Source: Macrostomum hystrix | Lineage: Eukaryota; Animalia; Platyhelminthes | Assembly (NCBI GenBank): GCA_950097015.1 | Contig: CATNEN010000038.1 | Span: 18,848,001-18,912,000, forward strand | Reading direction: 5' to 3' | Length of the DNA stretch: 64,000 nt | In this document: one piece after another, positions 1 to 12,631 of the stretch | Layout: each line of letters starts with the position of its first letter | How positions within the stretch are numbered: the first letter of the stretch is position 1 | Notes under the pieces: model-generated | Database searches by the model: none | The model's input: only the letters and a program-made list of their open reading frames with translations | What the model was told of the DNA's origin: nothing | Program-made: the position numbers and the translations under genes

Positions 1-499
1 TGTACGAGAAAATTTAGTTTATACAAGGATCTCTTTCTTGCAAAGCGTTTAAATGTAACGGTGACTGCAGTCGCCCTTAATGGCTCGTTCACACAGCCAT
101 CAAATACTTAGTACAATGCGTACTTTAGTTTTACATGTGAAATCATGTGTTTCGGTCTCGTTTGATGGCAGTGGGAACATTTTGATAGCGGGAGCTACAA
201 CAGCCATGGAACAATGTTTTGGTGACAGTCGATCCGGATTAAAAAAGGAGGCAGTTCTGCTCATTCCTGACCCTTGAGCATACACGCACACAAACACGTG
301 GAAGGCAGAAACCTAGACAGGTGGTGTACTGCATCTGACATGACATTCTCTGCAGATCTGTAGCTAGGCAGTGTACACTCCCGTTGTGCATTAGGGTTTA
401 GCCCTTGTGGGCTAAAACTGCGCGAGCCACCAAGCCACAAAACGCGGGAGATTTCTTAAATAATATTTAAACTCGCGCCAACTTTAGTTCAACTTGCAG

Positions 500-1300
500 T
501 TGATCACAATCGAGCGCTACCTGGCCATCGTGAGGCCCATGGTTCGTCGCCAGCTGTGGAAGGTGAAGCTAGCCTGCGCCCTGATGTGGCTGCTTGGCCT
601 AGCTCACCAGTGGAAGATCTACATGGACGTCGGTCGCGGTGGACCCGAAGGAAGCTGCTGCGTCCTGACGGGCTTCGTCTCTGCATCAGTAGCCTTAGCC
701 TACGGCGTGCTCAACTACAGCCTGAAGTTCGCCCTGCCGCTTGTGAACATGTGCTTCTGCTACGGCCGCATGATCTTAGTACTGCGGCGTCGAAGCAGGT
801 TCTGCCTGCCGTCGGATGCTCAGTCGAAGAAGCTGGCAGCTTCGCGAGTTCTGATCAAGACTTTCATGATCGCCGGAGCGGCCTACGTTCTGTGCTTCGT
901 GACGAACCAGACCAACTACATACTCATCTCATTCAATGTGATCGCCAACAATTATCAGTCATTCTTCTACAATGTCACATTGTTCCTAGTGAACGTGAAC
1001 GCCCTGGTGAATCCGATTATCTACGTTGTGTTTATGCCCCGTCTACGAGTTGCCTTCCGGGTGGAATGTGCAAGACTGGTCTGCTGCCTCTGCCTGCTGT
1101 CTAGACGACAGACTCGGTCAGGCAGCGGCATCGACGACAATCCGATGCTCAATAAGCGGCGAAATCCGCAAATGGATTCGGAGGACTCCGCAATGTACGC
1201 AAACCAGCACGTGCCGTTAAGACGTATGAGGCGGGTGCCGAATGACGACTCAAATCAAGGCGAGGCAAGCAATGCGAACAGCGTCGCGACCAGACTTTGA
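500..1300 (+). CDS. Rhodopsin-family (class A) GPCR, terminal coding exon (end of TM3 to C-tail); probable peptide or orphan receptor
   Basis: After the ttgcag acceptor (499): ITIERYLAIVRP (DRY-like ERY), hydrophobic TM4-6, NALVNPIIY (NPxxY), CC palmitoylation-like site. Upstream exons are not identified in the window. Confidence 0.88.
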   Translation: MITIERYLAIVRPMVRRQLWKVKLACALMWLLGLAHQWKIYMDVGRGGPEGSCCVLTGFVSASVALAYGVLNYSLKFALPLVNMCFCYGRMILVLRRRSRFCLPSDAQSKKLAASRVLIKTFMIAGAAYVLCFVTNQTNYILISFNVIANNYQSFFYNVTLFLVNVNALVNPIIYVVFMPRLRVAFRVECARLVCCLCLLSRRQTRSGSGIDDNPMLNKRRNPQMDSEDSAMYANQHVPLRRMRRVPNDDSNQGEASNANSVATRL

Positions 1301-1941
1301 TTCTTAATCGGAGCGGTGGAAAGCAATTTGTTTAAAAAAGGATCTGAAGATGCTTCTTAGAGACTGTGTACATTTGTTCAGTCCATGGACTAGGAGGGCA
1401 GCGGCCAATTTTTTTACAGCTTTGTGAATGTAAATAATATGGAATTAACTGTTTCGTTTAAGGCACCTGGGATGAGATTCGAACTCATGACCTTCCGGAA
1501 AAAGTAATGTTTGCATAAATATTTGAGCATTGTCCCAGATTTATTACTTCGATTTGTACAGCTCCTACAGAAAAAATTTACTCTGAAACAAATGAGAGAA
1601 TTGTAAACTATTTTACATAATTCTACTACATTAGCAGTCTCAACTAAAACTCTTCAGAACTTGAAATATTAAAAATGAAAAAGAGCATTCAAACATCATT
1701 TTTATTGCGTCTTTGAAAAAAAGTAACAAATTAGCAAGTTAAAACCGGAGCAACGTGTATTTTTTTGATTTTTGTTTTAATTTGAAACAGACATGAACAG
1801 ATCGGCGCATTGGTAGTCAGGTCAATAGCAAGATTAATTCGCGAGTAGATAACTACACGAGAAATTGCCGGGATAGTGAATTACGAGTGGGAACTGAATC
1901 AAGAAGGTCAACTTTAAGTGATTGATTTGACATCAAATTAT

Positions 1942-4900
1942 TTACTTCTTAAACCATTTTGGCACCATATTTGCAGCTCGTTTAGCATCTGGTCCTGAAG
2001 CTGCAGTGGAGCCACTTGATGGCGGCTGCTGCTGCTGCTGCTGTTTAGCATAGATTGGTGCGACTGCGGATTTCATGCTGAAATGGAAATCGATCAAGGC
2101 CGATATCATTACATATTGAGTCGTGTGAATTAGTTGTAACTTGTATGTGGTTGTACTTTAAGTATACAACTGTACTAATACTAAGAAAAAAATCTTCTGC
2201 AAGTAGACTGCCAAGAAAATTTAAACAAAAACAATTGAGCCGCTTACCATGCCAGTGCAACTTTGTCGCACTCGTCTCGACTGCTAACTAGGTTTAGAAT
2301 TTCCGGCTTTAATAACGACACGTCTAAAGAAGAAGGACGAACAATATGTCACACAGATTATAACACAAAATATGGTTTCTAAAATATAGGAAAATAATAT
2401 TACCATCTGGCAAGTGCTTCCGAAATCCGACGTGCACAATTGGCATGGGAACTAAATCAGCCTGGGTGAAGAAATTCAAAAGGCGAGGAATTAAGAAAAA
2501 TAACAGCACGATACCCGACGACTCATAGACACTTACATGAATGAGAAACTGGGCCATGTCCGTGATCTCCTTTTTTGGCGGAGTTGTGTCTGAAAATGAC
2601 AGTATTTTCCATTATAGAATACCCATTGGATGCAGTACGGGACAACGCATAATTACTAAAAATGACTTTTTTGATACTGTAGATCGCTAGTTTCAGAATC
2701 CCAATAGATTAGCCTAAGAAACACGATAGATTAGTGTGAGGATTCGGATGAATTAGTCCGTGGGATTCCAATGGATTAGTCCATGGGACTCTGATGGATT
2801 CATCTGTGGGATTAGTGTAAGGAATCCGATGGACTAGTGTGAGGATTACGATGGACTAGTGTGAGGACTACGATGGACCAGTGTGAGGATTCCGATGGAT
2901 TAGTGTGGGGATTCCGATGGATTAGTGTGAGGATTCCGATGGACCAGTGTGATGATTCCGATGGACCAGTGTGATGATTCCGATGGACTAGTGTGAGGAT
3001 TCCGATGGACCAGTGTGAGGATTCGATGGACTAGTGTGAGGATTCCGATGGATTAGTGTGAGGATTCCGATGGACTAGTGTGAGGATTCCGATGGACTAG
3101 TGTGGGGAAACCGATAGGCAATAGATAAGTGTGAGGATCCAGATAGATTAGTGTGAGATGTCAATAATTCATTAGCAAGAGTAAACTCACACAGGTAGAA
3201 GTCGCTAACAGCAAGGACCCGGTCATCAATCAGCTGCTCGCGCACAAACTTGTATAATGCGTGAACAGTTTCTCGAGGCCTAAACGCCGATTGAACAACC
3301 CGACGGTCTGGGAAGAACAGTCGGATGACTGTATGCTCGTAGCACGAGTAGAGATCTTCGCGCTGCTGCTCACGCTGCTGGCGAGTGAGCAGCTGCTCGT
3401 TAGTCTGCTCTTCGCTGCATTGTTATAATGCGCGTCATAAATGTGTGAGATTTCATCATGCGTAGTAAAAATACAGAAATACAAGTAGAATTTCAGAAAT
3501 GAGAATAGTTCAACTTACACTTTTCGCTTTAAATCGGCAGCCATTTTGCGCAAATCTGACTCCGTCACATTGAAGAAGCTGTCATCCGGCTCCTCTGAAG
3601 GGAGTGACAAGCAAAATAGTAAATTATTCTGCACTGACACTGTCACCCCGGCTATGATTACAATTGTCTCCTGTATTAACAGTAGAACTACCAAGGGGGG
3701 GGGATTTCCCCCCCCCTGACAAATTTTTTTGCTGCACCCGAACGGAACAATGCAAGCACACGAAACTCAAGAACAAGGGCCAACTTTTTGTTGCGCATCT
3801 TCTGAAACAAGAAACAAGTCGCCAGCTCTTCAGACCGTCGAGATATTCTATGTTTCTGGCCGAAGGTCCGATTTTTCCCATAAGAGCTAGTGTATTTCAT
3901 ACACCCCTATACACGAATTTGCACTGCGCCTCAGTGCGGCCTTTCCAGACCTTCAAACTTTATCAGCATGTCACCCGAATGTGCTTGCATCATCTCCGAC
4001 TTCGGCGGTCACCGACCTTTATCTAGATCTATCTCTCTTATCTATCTAGACCTTCAAGAGCTACAACAGGTGGAACTAGGCCACTATGGACACCCTGACG
4101 TGAATTTCTCCGATTTCACTGTTTAAGCCTAACTATTAGGCGCAGCTCAACCACAGGACACCCTCGACTAGTCTGTCAACCAATCAGTCACCCCCCAACC
4201 ACAGGACACCCTCGACTAGTCTGTCAACCAATCAGTCACCCCCAAAGCATTCAGGCGCTGGCAAAAACATTTTCAGGGGGGGGGGAATTCCCCCTTCCTG
4301 GGTATAAAAACGGGCGGCAAAATGGCTTGGTAGTCCTACTGTTAATATGTGTAATACACTGTAAACAGGTTACATGTTTCTCCTACCAGGCTTAAAATCC
4401 TCTCTACCCCGATAGCAATTTCGTTTACTAGATTACAATCCCCTCTACCAAGATTACAATCCCGTCTACCAAGATTACAATCCCGTCTACCAAGATTACC
4501 ATTTCGTCTACCAAGATTACGATCCCGTCTACCAAGATTACAATCCCGTCTACCAGATTACAATCCCGTCTACCAAATTACAATTTCGTCTACCCAGATT
4601 ACAATCCCATCTATTCAGATAGCAATATCCCCTCAACCAGATCCCCTACCTAGGTCCATAGCAGTTGCGCCACCTTCAGCATCAGACTGCCTTGAAGCTG
4701 TTCCAGTAGAACCGGCCAGGTAGGCGCACAGACGCCTGTCGCAGGCGGCAAATTCAGCAGGTCGAACTTCGGCCAGCTCGTTGCGATACAAATCCTGGCC
4801 GGCTGTCTCCTCGGGAAATTTGAATGGTCGGTCTGGACCGTATTGGGCTACGGCTGTAACAGACGAGGCCGCTTCGTTAAGCCCTCTGGACGGGCCAGCT

Positions 4901-7900
4901 CTAGTACCGGAGATTGTATCAAAATCCGGCAGGTTTAAGGCTTCGGCTAGAGTTCTGGGCTGCAATGTAGATAAGGGGTTGAAGAAGAAAGTTACTGGGA
5001 TTAGCAGATTAACGCTTCCAAATTATCCAACCCAGTACACTTATTACTTCATTACATATTCCCAAAAAAGACTGGCTACTCCTAAACAACCCCAGCTACT
5101 CCTAAACAACCCCAGCTACTCCATAACAACCCCAGCTACTCCATAACAACCCCAGCTACTCCAAAAACCCCCCGGCTACTCCTAAACAATCCCAGCTACT
5201 CCTAAACAATCCCAGCTACTCCTGAACAACCCCAGCTACTCCTAAACAATCCCAGCTACTCCTGAACAACCCCAGCTACTCCTAAACAATCCCAGCTACT
5301 CCTAAACAATCCCAGCTACTCCTGAACAACCCCAGCTACTCCTAAACAACCCCAGCTACTCCTGAACAACCCCAGCTACTCCTAAACAATCCCAGCTACT
5401 CCTAAACAATCCCAGCTACTCCTGAACAACCCCAGCTACTCCTAAACAATCCCAGCTACTCCTTAACAACCCCAGCTACTCCTAAACAATCCCAGCTACT
5501 CCTAAACAATCCCAGCTACTCCTAAACAACCCCAGCTACTCCTAAACAACCCCAGCTACTCCTAAACAATCCCAGATACTCCTGAACAACCCCGGCTACT
5601 CCTAAACAATCCCAGCTACTCCTGAACAACCCCAGCTACTCCTAAACAATCCCAGCTACTCCTAAACAATCCCAGCTACTCCTGAACAACCCCAGCTACT
5701 CCTAAACAATCCCAGCTACTCCTGAACAACCCCAGCTACTCCTAAACAATCCCAGCTACTCCTGAACAACCCCAGCTACTCCTAAACAACCCCAGCTACT
5801 CCTGAACAACCCCAGCTACTCCTAAACAATCCCAGCTACTCCTAAACAATCCCAGCTACTCCTGAACAACCCCAGCTACTCCTAAACAATCCCAGCTACT
5901 CCTTAACAACCCCAGCTACTCCTAAACAATCCCAGCTACTCCTAAACAATCCCAGCTACTCCTAAACAATCCCAGCTACTCCTAAACAACCCCAGCTACT
6001 CCTAAACAACCCCAGCTACTCCTAAACAATCCCAGATACTCCTGAACAACCCCGGCTACTCCTAAACAATCCCAGATACTCCTGAACAACCCAGTCTACT
6101 ACTAGACGACCACATTTGACAAGTCTGTCTTCAAAGCTAAACAAACCTCTTTAACAGCCTGCTGTTTATTTTGCTCTGCTCCGGTCGACTCAGTCCAAGC
6201 GGGAACCTGACGAAACGGGCTGAACAGATTGGCATTTGATTCGTCGATGCCAGCCGGGCCACTACTACTACTATGAGTAGCATTGTCAGCAGCGGCCGTT
6301 ATAGGAGCCGAAGTAGACGCCGATGAAACCTGAGAAGTATAATTTTCAGTCGATGCGTCAATCTTGTCAGGCTGAGAGGCCGGCTTAACGGCCGAAGCTT
6401 TTTCGCGCGATTCGGCCAACTGGCTGGCGGCGGCCAGTTTCTCAGGCGGCACGGGTCTGTAGAGCAGGCGCAGCAGGGCCGGCGCTCCTCCTGGCGCAAG
6501 GCCAATCTGGCGCGGGCTGGTATGGCGCAGAGCGACAGCGCCAGGGACCTCGTGGCGAGTGTAGACCAGGACAGGGTGCTGGTCTGGAGCTGGCGGCTCA
6601 TCTGGGATCCATCTGGGTGAGTAGGGATTCGAATTGTGTATAAATAATTAGAAGGCAGCAAACTCAAAGGATCAGAGAGCAGCACTGCTCAAAGGTCAAA
6701 ATATAAATAAGCGGCACTGCTCAAAGGTCAGAAGATCAGGAAGCGGCACTGCTCAAAGGTCAGAAGATCAGGAAGCGGCACTGCTCAAAGGTCAGAATAT
6801 CAGGAAGTGGCACTGCTTAAACGTCAGAAGGTCAGGAAGTGGCACTGCTCAAAGGTCAGAATATCAGGAAGCGGTACTGCTTAAAGGTCAGAATATCAGA
6901 AAGCGGTACTGCTTAAAGGTCAGAAGGTCAGGAAGCGGCACTGCTCAAAGGTCAGAATATCAGGAAGCGGTACTGCTTAAAGGTCAGAATATCAGAAAGC
7001 GGTACTGCTTAAAGGTCAGAAGGTCAGGAAGCGGCACTGCTCAAAGGTCAGAATATCAGGAAGCGGTACTGCTTAAAGGTCAGAATATCAGAAAGCGGTA
7101 CTGCTTAAAGGTCAGAAGGTCAGGAAGCGGCACTGCTCAAAGGTCAGAATATCAGGAAGCGGTACTGCTTAAAGGTCAGAATATCAGAAAGCGGTACTGC
7201 TTAAAGGTCAGAAGTCAGAAAGCGGTACTGCTTAAAGGTCAAAGACCGGGAAGCAGCATTGATAAAAGGTCAAGCGGCACTGATAAAAAAGGTCAAACAA
7301 TCAGTGAGCCGCATTGCTCAAATGTGAAAGGATCAGGGAGTGGCACTGCTCAAAGGTCAGACGACTAGGAAGTGGCAGTTCTCAAAGGTCAGAAGACTAG
7401 GAAGCAGTACTACTCAAAGGTCAAAAGATCTATAAGCGGCACTGCTCAAAGGTCAAAGGATCAGGGAGTGGCACTGCTCAAAGGTCAAAGGATCAAGGAG
7501 TGGCATTGCTTAAAGGTCAAAGATCAATAAGTGGCACTGCACAAAGGTCAAAAGATCAGAAAGTGGCACTGCTCAAAGGATCAGTAAATGACACTGATTT
7601 AAAAATCAATGGATAAGGAAATGGCACTTAGGAATGCAAAACAGTCAAGATTATAGAAGAATAGGAAGCATTTAAAGATCAATATCTTAATAAAAATAAA
7701 CCAACTTACCCAGGGTGCTTTTCAGAAAAATGGCTGATAATATCCCATAGGCTGGTATCACAAGACACAGCTTCAATGTGTCGCTGTGGGCCATATTGCA
7801 GACCAATGCTCACTGCATCACTGCCAGATTTCTTTGCTGGCACTTCATCTGCTGGGACCAGCTCCAACTCAACTAGATTAGACAGATTAAGTATGCCAAC

Positions 7901-8584
7901 AGGTGTACTAAGGTCTGGATATGCCTTGTTATATCTAAAAAAATTGTTCACAAAAATTTTTTTTATAACTCAAAGGTGCACAACATGCTATTATGGATTA
8001 AAAATCTTACCTGAAGGCATAGTTATATGCTGGCACATATCCTTTTTCTAGACAGACCTGTTCTAGACCCTAAAAAGTAAAATAAATAATGCAATTTATG
8101 GTACATGAACATTTAAATAGGCCTAATGCAATAATTTGTAATAGACTAAACAAACCTAAACTTAAGTAAAGGTCAGCTTTTTAAACAAAAAATATATATT
8201 TAGAATTACTTTGTTATTGCTAGGCCTAGCTAGTGCTGCTTGCAGATAAGGTAAAGAAATGAGTGATTCCAAAGCACCTAGGGCCTAGTCTGACAGATGA
8301 TTAGGCATGCAGCTATCTCAAGTCAAGACAGTATCTGGTGAATATTATAAACTAATATTATAATATAATATAATATAATATTCTAAAATATTATAAACTG
8401 TGGATAAGGATGAAATCATTAGGCCCTACAGAGAAAAAATAGGTCTAGAAATGAGCGAGAATTTTGGCCTAAAATAGGCCTAACTTTGAAATTGATAGCC
8501 TACCTGGTACAAAGGAGTGGACTTTGATATCTCCAGTCGATATCTCTGTTTGTTTGGTAAGAACACAGTGAAGATCTGTGACAT
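1942..8584 (-). CDS. ASPSCR1: ASPSCR1/TUG/UBXN9, UBX-domain p97 adaptor. Exons 8504-8584, 8011-8069, 7710-7934, 6147-6612, 4650-4959, 3519-3594, 3191-3414, 2537-2589, 2404-2461, 2248-2323, 1942-~2077
   Basis: Manual GT-AG splicing gives MSQIFTVFLPNKQRYRLEISKSTPLYQGLEQVC...LNLSNLVELELVP (UBL1), HPVLVYTRHEVPG..LRHTS (UBL2), EEPDDSFFNVTESDLR, VIRLFFPDRRVVQSAFRPRETV..FYLYTTPPK..ADLVP (UBX) and C-terminal VPKWFKK*, all matching TUG motifs. The donor at 6147 is the least certain. Confidence 0.9.
2730..3160. repeat. 22-bp minisatellite (gtgtgaggattccgatggacta) in an ASPSCR1 intron
   Basis: Tandem copies visible directly. Confidence 0.95.
3680..4341. mobile_element. TTAA-flanked non-autonomous TIR element (piggyBac-like MITE), copy 1
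   Basis: ttaa|cagtagaactaccaag ... cttggtagtcctactg|ttaa; homologous copy at 28557-29140. Confidence 0.8.
4430..4620. repeat. 21-bp minisatellite (ccaagattacaatcccgtcta)
   Basis: Tandem copies visible directly. Confidence 0.9.
5075..6095. repeat. 20-bp minisatellite (cccagctactcctaaacaay), about 50 copies
   Basis: Tandem copies filling the intron. Confidence 0.97.
6700..7580. repeat. 32-bp minisatellite (gcggcactgctcaaaggtcagaagatcaggaa), degenerating to the right
   Basis: Tandem copies visible directly. Confidence 0.95.
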
Positions 8585-9699
8585 TTCGTTGCTCTCAATT
8601 TGTGACAAGGAAAACTTGGTAACGGAAGGAGGCGAAGGAGGACACTTTCTTTGTTATTGGTTGGTGACTTTTGTTCCTGGATTAAACGCCATACACTTAC
8701 TTCACAAACCTGTGGTTACATGCATTTCAAGAAACGATTGAGCCAAAATAAAACGAGAACGGTAACATTTTACTTTTTGTCGTACTGATTTTCGTAATTT
8801 TAATTACAGAAAAATCTACGCCATGAGGTTTCTTGAATTGTTTTAGTTACGAATTTCATTATGCTGCTTTTCAGTGTTCGTTTTACTGAGTTGAAGCTGT
8901 TATTATTTAGATCAACTTAAAAAGTGACGTCTTTAATTTTTTTAGATTGTCCTCCATCCAATTAATGATACAATCTAGCAAAAACTCACAACGACAACAA
9001 CCTACTTACTTAAATAAAAATAAACACTATGCTAAATCTCCTCGATTTGTTTGACCGGTATTTCAGTCTGCAGCTAGCCTGAATGCCTGAACCATTTTTT
9101 TTCTAACTAGATTTATTTGATCGGAAATTCTCGAGACATTGTATAGATCTCTGCTTTAAAAAGTTCAAATGGGAAAATGATGAAATATTTGAAATATGCC
9201 TTTTGCTGCTATTTTGAAAGGTCAAACTTTGTCATCCTTTAGGTGGGCAAAGGACTTCGGGCAGGAGCTGGCGTACGTAACCACGGCGAACAAGTTGGAT
9301 TCTCAGTTTCGAGTTTCGAGTTTCGAGTCTCTGGGCTTCGAGAAGCTCAGAAGGCTGCATGTCCAGGAATATTTCGATGAGGTCACGGGAACTCGACCGT
9401 TTGAGAAGCAGGACCCGGCGGAGCTAAAAGATCTAGTGCTGCACGCAGGCTGCTATATATGACATTGCTGTAATTGTCTCGTACAACTTTCCTGGAACCT
9501 GATAAAGCAAACATGATGCTTTGGAAATACATTTTGAAGTTATCTACCAGCATGCTAGCTTTTAAAAGGTCTGAATTGAAAACTGTGTTTGTGCTTGGAC
9601 TTAACCGCAGGTACATGCAGGCCCTCGCTGGCAATGGGAGTTTCCCTAGGCATCGCTTCCCTCTGGCAAAATCCGCCGTAACCCATTCTGCTTAAGGGC

Positions 9700-10030
9700 G
9701 TAAGGGCCATAATGCCATAAGGGCGGGCCTCGACTACAGCTGACGCCGGACCAGCTGACGCCGGATCCGCCGGTGCGTCGATCGATCCGCATCCACAGGC
9801 CCCTGTTAGCAACGCACGGTTGATGGCAACATATGCTGGGCAACGCTAAGCGACATCAACAGAGCTGTGAGTTAATTTGTCTGGGTCCCGGCGCACTCCG
9901 ACATCCCGCCGGGAAACGGCCGACCGCCGCGACAATCGCGCACGCCTGAAACGACAGCAGGACAGGCCCATCATCTCTCTCCAGGCTGCTAAGGCGGCCC
10001 TTCGCCGTGCGAGAGCTGCCCTTGACCTCA
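9700..10030 (+). pseudogene. Degraded RNase H domain of a non-LTR retrotransposon
   Basis: Across frameshifts reads AIRAGLDY...ICWATLSDI...WVPAHSDIP / ETADR..RA..Q.D.PIISLQAAKAALRR, the WVP(A/G)HxxIxGNExAD RNase H motif; several stops. Confidence 0.65.
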
Positions 10031-10299
10031 AGGTGTTTGTGGCCATGCAGAGGAGTCGATGTGCTGAAATGCGCTGAATTATGAGAGAAGGAATGGGGTG
10101 TATTGTGCTGTGCCTAAGTACTGAATAAACCATTTTCTAATGACAGACACAGTAACAGTACATATGTGAAACAATGAAAAGTACTTAAATATACCAATAA
10201 GAACCACAGACAAGATTTAAACCGAACAATTTGAAACATTTTGGTGAGCAATTGAAAAAAGTTCGAACAATTCGAAAATGGTCATTTGCTGAGTTGCTA

Positions 10300-11274
10300 A
10301 GAATTTGCTGAGAATTGCGGGCAGCACGGTGTTATCAGCGAATCGGCGCAGCTCGTCAAACCTAAATTGCACGAGAGTTCTTCCGGCGCGGGCCTCTGCG
10401 GTCGGGTTGATGAAACTATCCGCATTGGCAGCGATCTCTTGCTTGATTGCCGCCTTCCAGCTCCGATCGCGCTCTCAACCGGCGAAATTCAATTGCGCCA
10501 ACAGATTCCTGCAGTTCGGCGTCATTATAATGACTGGATACATTATCGAAAATTATGTAGGCTGGATGCTGGATCTGAGCATGCTCCAGGTTTCCCATGG
10601 TTATCTGCAGGAACTCAGCAAAATGCTCCTTCGTCATGCCCCTGTTGTAGCATTGGTAATACACGACGCCGATTTGCGGCGACATTGCCATGCACACCAC
10701 CGTCAGTCGGGGTCCTCGCTGGCCTTCTATCACGGGATAAGCACGAACTCCACGCTGCGCTCTCCCTTGTGATCGCCGATTCCACGTGTCGAAACCGAAC
10801 TCATCGATAAATATCTTCGGCTGGTTGACGACGTCTGCAGAGCACCACCATGTGGCGTAGGCAAAGCGTTCCTCGATGACTTCAGTAGAATTGCGGGCAG
10901 CAGGACAGTAGTCGCGTACCAATTTGACTGGGTACAGCATTACATCAAGGTGTCGGCTCAGCGTGGATTCATCTACCAGCGGCTTGTCCGGAAAGCGAGC
11001 TCGAATGCGTTGATTGATTTCATTCAGTGTTAGAAGTGAGTTCAGGTCAAGCACTTCACGGCAGAAATCTTCCATTTTCTCGTCAAACTTCTTGACTCGT
11101 CGGCCTCCCCTGTGGACGCTTCTCACCACGCCCAGACTGCACGATGGAGTACGCCGTCGATCTTGATATCCCTAGCTGTCTTGCCAGAGTCTGGTAGTCC
11201 TCACCTGTCTGATGAGCTGCAAGCCGGCGATGCCTGTCATCATTCGAGATTCGCTTATAGTTTTGGACTGCCAT
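10300..11274 (-). pseudogene. Tc1/IS630-family DDE transposase, frameshifted and internally deleted
   Basis: N-terminal HTH (LARQLGISRSTAYSIV), frameshift near 11110, second HTH (LTLNEI..VDESTLSRHL), IFIDE and IIFDNVSSH motifs. The expected YSPxLNPIE motif is missing, with a frame change before SWKAAIKQEI. Confidence 0.85.
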
Positions 11275-11824
11275 GATTGAGCTGGTGTTGCATGGAGTAA
11301 GGAAAAGGGGGTGTTTTTACGAGATTAACTCGTAACTTCCCTTTCCCGCGGTGTCCTTTCAGTGGCTGCTGATTGCCATAGACAAAAAGATTATAAATGA
11401 GAATCTAAATGCCCTACTCTCCTTGCATGGATAAATCATGGATGAAGCATCCATGATGCCATGTATGGATCATACCTGAACATGTATGGAGCCATACCTG
11501 ATCATACATGGTTCCACGTAAACTTCATCCATGGTTACTTTCCATCCATGTACATTGATGTATGATTTTAAATATAATTTTCCTTACTACACTACTGTTA
11601 GTAGAACGCAATGTTTGCGTAGGTTCATTTTAAAGCTGAAATTTTCTAAACAAATTCGGCAGCATCTTTAGTGCTGCTGAGAAATATGTTTCCATTCCCT
11701 TATAAATCACTTTCAAAACAAAAAAGTATCAGAACAAATACTTATGCAATTAAATGTAGAAGTAATTGAAAACTCGTATGATGACCATTTCGAGACTTAT
11801 ATTATTAATGATAATTAGGCATAA

Positions 11825-12302
11825 TTCATTTCAAAGTACTGTAAGAAAAAATAAGACAGCTCAGTCTCAGAGAGCTTTAAAATACAGAATGGACAGAATT
11901 TGACGCATTTCAAGGTACTGTAAGAAAAAATAAGACAGCTCAGAGAGCTTTAAAATACAGAATAGACAGAATTTGACGCATTTCAAGGTACTGTAAGAAA
12001 AAATAAAACAGCTCAGAGAGCTTTAAAATACAGAATAGACAGAATTTGACGCATTTCAAGGTACTGTAAGAAAAAATAAAACAGCTCAGAGAGCTTTAAA
12101 ATACAGAATAGACAGAATTTGACGCATTTCAAGGTACTGTAAGAAAAATAAAACAGCTCAGAGAGCTTTAAGATACAGAATAGACAGAATTTGACGCATT
12201 TCAAGGTACTGTAAGAAAAAATAAAACAGCTCAGAGAGCTTTAAGATACAGAATAGACAGAATTTGACGCATTTCAAGGTACTGTAAGAAAAAATAAAAC
12301 AG
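11825..12302. repeat. 72-73-bp tandem repeat (about 6.5 copies) in the 3' subterminal region of the CMC element
   Basis: gacagaatttgacgcatttcaaggtactgtaag... recurs at 11892, 11965, 12038 and onward. Confidence 0.93.
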
Positions 12303-12631
12303 TAAATTTTACTGAACAGTCAATAAATAGAATTAGCCGAATTCGGTACGCATTAAGGGCAAGGGCCGACTAATCCTTTACGAAACGAAGTTAATGCTGC
12401 ATTAGTCAATTATTTGCGCACAGAAACTTGGAGATTTTGAATATGGAGAGATCGGACAAAGAGAGGTAACGGTGGGAGTCTGAGAGGGAGGAAGTTGGGC
12501 ATCTGGAAAGTTATTCTGATTCCCTGATGGTTTTATCTTGGTCATGGAGCATAATTTTATTTTCTGCCAGACTTTGCAGCATTAATAATAAAATAATCGG
12601 ATCTAAGGTACGGACACATACTCGTACCTTT

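Noticed and set aside
500-1300. The GPCR as receptor for the peptide cluster
   Set aside because: It is class A and about 38 kb away, whereas PTH-like peptides act on class B receptors; no sequence evidence links them.
1463-1500. Antisense tRNA-like fragment (B-box gttcgaatc), and a similar sense B-box near 24405
   Set aside because: Too short for a cloverleaf; probably SINE debris.
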